NCBI GenBank assembly: GCA_034780895.1
Contig: JAUZTB010000068.1
Location: forward strand, 7,905,753 to 7,969,752
Origin: Rhynchobatus australiae
Taxonomy: Eukaryota
Length of the DNA: 64,000 nt
Direction: 5' to 3'
Of the stretch, positions 54,503 through 64,000 are shown in pieces. Each line of letters begins with the position of its first letter. The first letter of the stretch is position 1. Under the pieces are notes generated by a model. It did no database searches and was not told the DNA's origin. It was given only the letters and a program-made list of their open reading frames with translations. The translations under genes were made by a program, and so were the position numbers.

Positions 54503-57478
54503 CTTCATTAGGATCAGATTCCAAACATCAGCAATGACATAGAAAAAAAGGGGAAAGATTTATTAGTGTCTTGACCCCGTGACCACATTTTGAAGTATTC
54601 AACTTTTAAAGAAATTCCTTATCACACCTCTCAAGACAACTCAAAATACTTAATATGCAATTAATTACTTGCTTAATCACCACTACCACGTAGATTAAAT
54701 ATGGCAGCCACTTTGCTTAAGACAAAACACCACAAAACAGTAATGAAAATTAATAAGTAGTTAATCAAATTCTTGGAGCCTTGTTTGAGAGAACATTGGT
54801 CAGCACCAAACTGGGGGATCTTTCTGCTTTACCCTCATATTGTGATAGTAGTTTATGGTTAGTAACTTGGAAGGCAATCAGCACTTCGAGTTTTCCATCT
54901 CACCTCAAAAGGTGGCATCTCTAACAAAGTAGCATTTGCTCAGTATTGTACTGTAATATCTGACCAGAATCCGCATTTAGGTTTAAATCACTTCTGACTC
55001 AAAAGCAAGAGGGTTATGAGTAAGATCATGTTCAATTCAATGAAAATCAAAATATTTCTCATTCTTTCAATGAGCATGTGCAATACAGTGCATACCAGGT
55101 TGAAAAGGTTTAACTCAAGGTTATAATTTCACAAGTAATTCTCAAGGATCTTACTAACCAGTGAACATACAGTTAGAATATTTATAATTAATCAGCTGAT
55201 GAAAATCATTAACCTACAAGGTTAAATGTTTCTCTCTTTATTGATGCTGCTTGGCCTGCTGAGTATTTCAAGCTTTTTGCTTTTATTTTATAAATATCAT
55301 AGTACAATGTTCCCAAACTACAAAGGATATTATTCTTTAGATCATAATTCTAGATAAAGTCTCCTAGATGTGGCTAATTTAGGATTTTCAGCTCATAATA
55401 CAACAGTGGAAAAAAAATTATGACAACAGAACCAGTTAATTTTTAGGAGTCTTACTACTACTTAAATTATTTTCAGTAACTTTACTTATTATAAAGTAAA
55501 TCTNNNNNNNNNNNNNNNNNNNNNNNNNNNNNNNNNNNNNNNNNNNNNNNNNNNNNNNNNNNNNNNNNNNNNNNNNNNNNNNNNNNNNNNNNNNNNNNNN
55601 NNNNNNNNNNNNNNNNNNNNNNNNNNNNNNNNNNNNNNNNNNNNNNNNNNNNNNNNNNNNNNNNNNNNNNNNNNNNNNNNNNNNNNNNNNNNNNNNNNNN
55701 NNNNNNNNNNNNNNNNNNNNNNNNNNNNNNNNNNNNNNNNNNNNNNNNNNNNNNNNNNNNNNNNNNNNNNNNNNNNNNNNNNNNNNNNNNNNNNNNNNNN
55801 NNNNNNNNNNNNNNNNNNNNNNNNNNNNNNNNNNNNNNNNNNNNNNNNNNNNNNNNNNNNNNNNNNNNNNNNNNNNNNNNNNNNNNNNNNNNNNNNNNNN
55901 NNNNNNNNNNNNNNNNNNNNNNNNNNNNNNNNNNNNNNNNNNNNNNNNNNNNNNNNNNNNNNNNNNNNNNNNNNNNNNNNNNNNNNNNNNNNNNNNNNNN
56001 NNNNNNNNNNNNNNNNNNNNNNNNNNNNNNNNNNNNNNNNNNNNNNNNNNNNNNNNNNNNNNNNNNNNNNNNNNNNNNNNNNNNNNNNNNNNNNNNNNNN
56101 NNNNNNNNNNNNNNNNNNNNNNNNNNNNNNNNNNNNNNNNNNNNNNNNNNNNNNNNNNNNNNNNNNNNNNNNNNNNNNNNNNNNNNNNNNNNNNNNNNNN
56201 NNNNNNNNNNNNNNNNNNNNNNNNNNNNNNNNNNNNNNNNNNNNNNNNNNNNNNNNNNNNNNNNNNNNNNNNNNNNNNNNNNNNNNNNNNNNNNNNNNNN
56301 NNNNNNNNNNNNNNNNNNNNNNACATAGGAATGTATATTTATACATGATGCAAGTGATAGAAGTGATATGCTCAATAAAAACTTTGTAACCAAAACATGA
56401 AAGGATTTGAGGTTCAATCAAACATTAAAACTTGTATGCTCTTACATAGCTACAAGATTTCACCTTGGAGTTGAACAGAACCCAGTATTAATGCAACAGA
56501 TACTCCACGGAAGTGTTAGTGTCTCTGTCAAGAACTGCCCATAGTGCCAGGAGCACGGCACTGGTGCTGGCTTTACCTGGCAGTAGCAACTTCCACAGTG
56601 CTGTCATTGCTAGTACTCTGGGAGGCAGGGTGGGTCTCCACCCAGTCCTGTGCAGAAATGGAGACTTTCCTAACTGGGTGCCTCTGTGGCATCAAACTGT
56701 GTGTCATCCCAAATCAGCCTGGTAAATAGGGTAGTTGGGACTAGAGCTGAGTTGACAGCGCATACAGCAGAGTAGAAGCACTGGGGAAACTAGGGGAGCA
56801 TTCTCACACAATCCATTATAGCATGTTTACACTCTCAGCTCTGCCAGTCAGACAGACTTCTATTTATACAGCTTCCTCAACCAGAATTAAAACATTTAAA
56901 GCAGCTGCACAGTAGCTGCTACTATACTGCTTACACCAATGGCTACCAAGTACTTGACTGGAAACCAAAGGTCTCTGAAATTTATTTTGTTTTTTAGCAG
57001 AAGCAGCTATGGCCACTATCCATCAACAAATAAGCTGTCAGGCCATCACTTTTATAACAACAGCTAACTCTCAGAGCCACATGTCAGGGCCATTTGCAGC
57101 CACGTTTGTACCAAGGTACGGAGAGATCAGCAGGAGACTGTGCTGGTCAGCAGGCAAATGGCACTCGACTAGCATAGGAGTGGTTCGGGGACTGCTGAGA
57201 TATCAATATTAGCCAATTAAGATGATAGAGGATCAAACTTGTCCATTTGGCCCCACCCAAGCCCCACTGTTGTCATGGGCTAGCTCCCAACCTATCAAGT
57301 ACTCCAGTCAATGATGTAATAGTGAATCCTGAAATAACTAACTGAAATTCCCACTGAGAAGCACTCATTTTCCACAGGCTGCATGGCAATATATAGCAGA
57401 TGTTTGAACCAAAGGATAAATTAACTAGATACATGCAAGTATAGAAAATCATGTTATATTTGCAATCATCATCCATCA

Positions 57479-57655
<177 letters not shown>

Positions 57656-58471
57656 TTATTTGTTGACTGACAACTCTGCAGCATGTTCAGTGTAAACTTG
57701 CACAAATACATGGCCATGGTATCCAGAATGCTAACTCGTATTAGTGTAAAGATGAGGATTCCCATTCCTGATTAGTCACCTGTACAGAAAGGCATAGTTG
57801 TGCAGAAACAGTCAAGATTAGAGCTTGGCTACAAAGCTCTCCATGACCAAGCAGGAATTAACATTCATGTATGAAGGATGGCCAGTTGGATGAGGCAGTG
57901 AAGAGTATCCATGGCCAACAAGTCAACAACTCCAGTTAGTCATTTTTATAAAATGGGGAAAGAAAGATGGAAGTAAGACTGAAGGCACATTTCTTTTCCT
58001 CGGTCAGACCCTTTCTGGAAATCTATATTTTATTTTGGTGTCATACACTACACAAAATATGTTGGCAGCTAAAACTGAGACTTCAAGGATTCAACTAGGA
58101 GGAAAGATTGCATAAATTTGGTGTTTATTCCCTGCAGTTTATATATTGAAAGGTGATCTAATTAAGAAGCTGAAAATGAACTTAAGTTAAAATTGAGAAA
58201 CTATTTCGTGTGGTAGGAAAAATTAAGAAAAAGGAGGAATCTTAAAATTGCAGTTCTCTGTGAGAAGTGATACCTGAAAGCACCTCACACAAAAAATGAT
58301 TTGGAAATTCTAAACTCTCTTCCCAAAATGTTGTAGGTACTTGCTCAACTCAAATTTCCAAGTTAAGTTTTCATTAAGTGAAGTTACCAAGGGAGATACA
58401 GCTGTTAAATGGGTGTTGTAGGACAGAATAACAGAATGATGGAAAAAGCTTAAAAGGGGCTGGGTTGCCTA

Positions 58472-58645
<174 letters not shown>

Positions 58646-58813
58646 CTACAATTAGAGCGGTGATGCAGTGATTGTGTGTCTTTCCATACATAGCTGTATA
58701 ATAAAATAGCTAGGTATAGCTGACACTCCTAATTTGGGTCCAGCATTAGAGATTACCAGATCCTGAGCCCTATGCACAAGCATAAGTACCACTTTCCTTT
58801 ATACATTTTTCTA

Positions 58814-58990
<177 letters not shown>

Positions 58991-59099
58991 TCAGATACTT
59001 TTCCAGTTACCGAACAAAGAAAACACAGATCAATCAATATCAAAGGATGACATCCATATGAACAGCTTGCCCTAACCTAATCACACTTAAGTACCATTT

Positions 59100-59715
59100 A
59101 CAGCCTCCCCCACTACAAAATCCAATACTTTTGCCATTGATTGCATCTCCTTTGCATCCAATCCATTGTCTAGGACTGAATGAGACAGTTTGTAATCATA
59201 ACATCCTTTTTAATTCCAAGCTGACCTTCTGACCTCGTCTCTNNNNNNNNNNNNNNNNNNNNNNNNNNNNNNNNNNNNNNNNNNNNNNNNNNNNNNNNAC
59301 CCTGGCTCAATCCCAACCGCTGTGGAACCCTTCAGCATAATTTTATTTCCTTCCCTGTGCTCACTGACCTGTACCGACTCTAGGTTCATCATTGCCTTGG
59401 ATTAAAAATTTACATCCTTCTGTTCAAATTCTTTGTATTCCAGTAAACTCTTTTGAGAAATGTTTCCTCTAATTAAGGCTATTTGCACATCACCAAATTC
59501 CTTTGTCCATTATTGAAAGCCATGCCTTCTATTGTTCAGCCCCCAAATTCTGGAAATCTATACTAAATTTCTCCCATCTCACTACTTAAAATCTGTTACG
59601 AGGACCACTTGTCCTACTAAATCTTCCTTTGGTTTGTTTTATCTGATATAAAGTCCTATAAAAGTGTGGGATATTTGATTAAAGGTGCCAGATAAATGGC
59701 AGTAGCTGCTGCTGT
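59100..59715 (+). mobile_element. Old L2-like LINE 3' fragment
   Basis: ttaaaaatt..catcctt.tgttcaaat...gccatgccttc...tctggaa...taaaggtgc.agataaatg resembles L2 3' ends. Confidence 0.5.
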
Positions 59716-59897
59716 TAGAGTGACTAAACAAGTCTAGTTGTAATGGTATAACAAGTTAAAGGTGTGACAGTAGCAGCAGCAAATAAAATCTAAGTAATAT
59801 TGGTAAATATAATTAAATCTCATGACATTTCTTTATAAAATGAGCTTATGCCAAAAAAAAGTTACAGTTTTGGGCAAATAGTTACAGTTTCACTTAC

Positions 59898-59990
59898 TTG
59901 GAAGTGGTTTCACCCGTTTGTAGATACCAAAGTTAATTAGCCCATGACGCTCTAAGTAGCTGTGTATCCTGTGAACCAGCACTGCATCAC
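59898..59990 (-). CDS. KDM1A: KDM1A exon 5: [31 protein letters not shown]
   Basis: 93 nt, tcttag / gtaagt. Contains the SWIRM C-terminal motif [11 protein letters not shown]. Confidence 0.98.
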
Positions 59991-60332
59991 CTAAGACAAA
60001 GAGGAAATAACAATGTAGGCTCAGACAAAACAGACTACCAAAATGCAACACACTTTTTTTCTAATTTAGCAAAATACATGCATACTTTTAAAGTGGCCAG
60101 GAAAACCACTGTTGCACATACATAAGCTTAACATTTTACTCTGAAAATTACCAGCTCAAATTGCACCTTTGACAATCACAAAGAATATCTGGAGATTAAA
60201 CTATTTTCCTTCCATGCTTGCATTCCATAAACATTGTTCTGTGTTTCATATTCTAGGATTGGTGCCTTTCAGAATTTCACGTCAAGCTTTGTATGCAACC
60301 TTGCAAGTTCAATTAAAATAACTGCAACTTAC

Positions 60333-60411
60333 TGTTGTAAGGAGACTCCAGCTGCTGGTGAGTTACCTCAAAGGTCAACTGCACCTTTGGGTTGTCCAGC
60401 CAGAGCTGCAG
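60333..60411 (-). CDS. KDM1A: KDM1A/LSD1 exon 4-equivalent (SWIRM domain): [26 protein letters not shown]
   Basis: 79 nt, acceptor aaacag, donor gtaagt. Translation matches human LSD1 [27 protein letters not shown]. Confidence 0.97.
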
Positions 60412-60879
60412 CTGTTTAAATGGGGAAAAAAAAAGACAATAAACAAGTGCATGTTACAAGTAGATGTGTGTTCTGTTGTAAAGAGGACAAAATAACACCC
60501 ATCATACAAATGCTTCAGTTTTCTCCATTATCAAGTCTCCACGTTTTTTTTAAATATGTCTGAAGCTATCCAGCAAGTTTCAAAGGGCTATAAGGGAATT
60601 TAATATGCTCACCCAAAGCATTTTTAACCCCCTAGATGTGGTCAAGGGCATAAAACAATGGCCAAAATTTACACTCTCCAACAAGGAGTACCGAGTCCAA
60701 CTACACTACCCTTAAATGCATCCCAGCTAACACAAGCACTCTCACTACATTCAATATAATGTTCTAAGTGTAGATGGTTCAATTTGAAATGGATTAACAC
60801 ATATATCAACTGATGCTTATTGCCGTTCCCAAAAAGCCTGTTCAATATTTACAATATTCTAGCACGACAATTTGGAAAA

Positions 60880-61590
60880 ATTGAGCAAGTGAGAAAATTT
60901 ACAGCAGATACAGTATTAACGAGACAAATGTGAAGTTATCCACTTACTTAGGAAAGGTCGAGTACTATTGAAATGACCGGAGATTGGGAAATATTTAATT
61001 TATAAAAGGACCTGATAAACCAAACACTAAAAGCAAACAAGAAGTTAAGGTGGCAAATGGTGTGCTGGCCTTCACGGCAAGAAGCTTTAAGAATAGGAGC
61101 AAGGATGTCTTACTACAATTTATACAGGATCTTGGCAAGTAGTTTTAGTTTACTGAAGGTTCCCCAGACCATTTCTTGGGATGGCAGAACAGTTGTACGA
61201 GAAGAGATTGGGTCACCTGTATTCACTAGAGTTCAGAAGAATGAGAGGGGATTTCATTAACAAAATTCTGACAGGGCTAGGCAAACTGGATGAGGGGAGG
61301 CACTTAGAAGGATGTCACAGACTCAGGATTACAGAGTAACCGACACTTAAGACTGAGAGGAGATTTCTCTTTACTCAGAGAGTGATAAATCTCTGAATTC
61401 TCCAGTACAGAAAGCAGGCAATGCCAAGTCACTGAATGTATTCAAGAAATTGTTGGCATCAAGGGTATAGGCCTTGTTTTTAGGCATCAAGGGTATAGGG
61501 AGAGAGCAGGAATACAAGGAGACAGAGGATCAGTCACAAATGGAGAATCTGACTTGAGAAGCCCAATGACCAACTCCATCTCCTGCTTTC
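60880..61590 (+). mobile_element. Degraded CR1 LINE 3' fragment
   Basis: aaatgtgaagttatccactt; ggcaaatggtgtgctggccttc; tttactcagagagtgataaatct. Confidence 0.75.
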
Positions 61591-61964
61591 TGGGTTTCTA
61601 TCCCACCCCACATAGCACTGTTTTGTGATAAAGCTCTTGGTCCTCCAGTCAAGACATCTGCTCGGGCTGTGCGGTAAGTGCTGTTGTACAAGGAACCCAG
61701 TGTGGAATCCAGACCACACTGATGCTTTCATAGTAATGAACTGCCCACTGTTTGGTGTGGCAAGGCAGCCTGTGAGGGCTGTAGTTGGGCAGGCTGAGAC
61801 ATTGGCATGGTCATTCAGCACCAAGATATGGTGCCTCAAGGCCACATCCTGTCCAGCATGATGTCTGCAGACCACTGCTGAGGGCCGGGAGCACCTACTA
61901 CAAGAGTTGACAGAGAGCCTGAATCCTATAGACTCTCGTCACGCCATGTTGCGCATGATAGAAT

Positions 61965-62492
61965 CTGCTGTCTCCACTCTCTTTATCAGAACCAGGTTTA
62001 TTATCACTGACATGTCGTGAAATTTGCTGTTTTGTGGCAGCGGTACAGTGCAAGACATAAAAAATCACTGCGTTACTAAAAAAGTAAAAATAGTGCAAGA
62101 GAGTAATAACGAGGTAAGTGCCCATGGACCATTCAAAAATCTGATGGCGGAGGGCAAGAAACTGTTCCTAAAACATTGAGTGTGGGTCTTCAGGTTCGTG
62201 TACCTCCTCCCCGATGGTAGTAATGCGAAGAGGGCATTTCCCAGATGGTGGGGGTCCTTAATGATGGATGCTGCCTTACCACTTGAAGATGTCCTTGGTG
62301 GTGGGAGAGTTACGCCCAGGATGGAACTGGCTGATTCTACAACCCACCGCAGCCTCTTTTGGATCTGCACATTGGAGCCTCCATACCAGGCTGTGGTGCA
62401 ACCAGTCAGAATGTTCTCCACCATATATCTGTAGAAATTTGCAAGAGTCTTTGGTGACATACCAAATCTCCTCAAACTCCTAATGAAGTTGA
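61965..62492 (-). mobile_element. Rex1/Babar-type LINE 3' end (ORF C-terminus plus tail), truncated by gap
   Basis: RRFGMSPKTLANFYRYMVENILTGCTTAWYGG...KAASIIKDPHHLGNALFALLPSGRRY. Confidence 0.9.
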
Positions 62493-63309
62493 NNNNNNNN
62501 NNNNNNNNNNNNNNNNNNNNNNNNNNNNNNNNNNNNNNNNNNNNNNNNNNNNNNNNNNNNNNNNNNNNNNNNNNNNNNNNNNNNNNNNNNNNNNNNNNNN
62601 NNNNNNNNNNNNNNNNNNNNNNNNNNNNNNNNNNNNNNNNNNNNNNNNNNNNNNNNNNNNNNNNNNNNNNNNNNNNNNNNNNNNNNNNNNNNNNNNNNNN
62701 NNNNNNNNNNNNNNNNNNNNNNNNNNNNNNNNNNNNNNNNNNNNNNNNNNNNNNNNNNNNNNNNNNNNNNNNNNNNNNNNNNNNNNNNNNNNNNNNNNNN
62801 NNNNNNNNNNNNNNNNNNNNNNNNNNNNNNNNNNNNNNNNNNNNNNNNNNNNNNNNNNNNNNNNNNNNNNNNNNNNNNNNNNNNNNNNNNNNAGAGATCT
62901 AATGAATTGATCAGCAAACCAGCAACAAAAAAAGGCTCTTCAACCAGACTGAATAACATTCAGTCACGTCTTACCCAGGAACTTGAATTTAAATGCCCTC
63001 CAGACAGCAAAATAAAGAATAATGATAGTAAAAATAGTTGGTTTAAATCTTCACATTAAATTCTGAAGGAATGAGACACCACACAGGTAAAATTAAGTTT
63101 TCAGCATGACTAATAGCTGTTAAAAATTCATTCTCCATTGAATGTGCCAGCCTTAATTTTAGCTACCACATCAAGTAGCTAAATACAACATGTTCATTCC
63201 CTTACATTTACTTCAATGCTACATTCATTGATGTAGCCCCATCAATAATTTCTGGATATTTGCGTGTAACTAGGCATGTCCATGCTCCAAAAGTATGTCA
63301 CATAGGACT

Positions 63310-63795
63310 GAGGATAATATAATTATGGATTTTAATGGACAAAAAAGTGAGAGGAATAAATAATTCATTTTCAAATTGACAGGCTGTAACTAGTGCCTCA
63401 GGGACGGTGCTGGAGGCCCAGAAGTTCACTGTTCATATCAATGATTTGGAAGAGGGAACCAAGTATATTGCATGCTGGATATAAAGAGGCTGCAAGGGGA
63501 TATAGGTAGAATGGGTGAATGGGCACAGACACAGCAGGTGCAATTTAATGTGGGAAAAATACAAGGTAATCCGCTTTGGTAAAACAAAATAAAAAGATGG
63601 CGCATTTTTGAGATGCTGAGAGATTGTAAGATCCTTAGACCCATGATTCCAGGGGACTTGGGTGATTCTTGATGCAGTTTCAAAATTAATGACCCAGACA
63701 TTCAGGTTGAAATGAGAAGAAATTCTTCACCCCCAAGAGTAGTGAATCTTTGGAATTCTCTACCAAGCCAGTCACTGAATAAATTCAAGAGATGG
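63310..63795 (+). mobile_element. Degraded CR1 LINE fragment
   Basis: atatcaatgatttggaagaggg; gctgcaaggggatataggtag; gtgaatctttggaattctctacc. Confidence 0.75.
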
Positions 63796-63805
63796 ATTCC
63801 CTCAA

Positions 63806-63870
63806 TACAGGTGACCCCCGCGATAGAGCCGCTCAGGTAACAGAAATTCACCCTTACAGAGTACACAAAT
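63806..63870 (+). mobile_element. Possible Tigger/pogo (TcMar) DNA transposon end
   Basis: TA followed by CAGGTGACCCCCGCG resembles Tigger TIR starts. The other end was not found in the window. Confidence 0.4.
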
Positions 63871-64000
63871 CACTAAAAATTTGAGACACAGATTGAAATT
63901 TGTTCTCATGAAACTGTGGGGGAAAAAAAGTAAATAAACATTTTTTTTCAACTCTTACTACTTGACACACATGCAGATGATGTGGATTCACGTTACTCAA

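Noticed and set aside
55436-56421. Long ORFs of about 300 aa, and similar ORFs at 2.8-3.3, 17.7-18.3, 49.1-49.6 and 62.5-62.9 kb
   Set aside because: Artefacts of translating through N gaps.
60412-64000. Search for KDM1A exon 3 (GVEGAAFQSRLP...) and upstream exons
   Set aside because: Not found. They lie beyond the window or in the 400-N gap at 62493-62892.

Overview
Eukaryotic (vertebrate) genomic DNA from a gap-rich draft assembly. The repeat families (V-SINEs, CR1, Rex1/Babar, Penelope-like, L2) look like those of a cartilaginous fish, probably a ray; that assignment is inference. The right two-thirds hold the minus-strand gene KDM1A (LSD1 histone demethylase). Sixteen coding exons, equivalent to human exons 4-19, were traced from 60411 down to the stop at 23088. 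All have GT-AG splice sites and a continuous frame (1899 nt, 632 aa plus stop). Exons 1-3 were not found in the window. Two things stand out. (1) Intron 8 contains an 18-nt frame-preserving microexon candidate (GERCTN, 54485-54502), at exactly the position of the mammalian neuronal LSD1 exon 8a, with neural-microexon-type 3' splice-site architecture. (2) Intron 11 contains a ~2.5 kb foreign segment carrying two BAZ2B-like coding exons, on the same strand and in the same phase as KDM1A; this is either a misassembly or a real gene-fragment insertion. Many short Penelope-derived repeats carry minimal hammerhead-ribozyme cores. No recognisable host gene was found in 1-22 kb.
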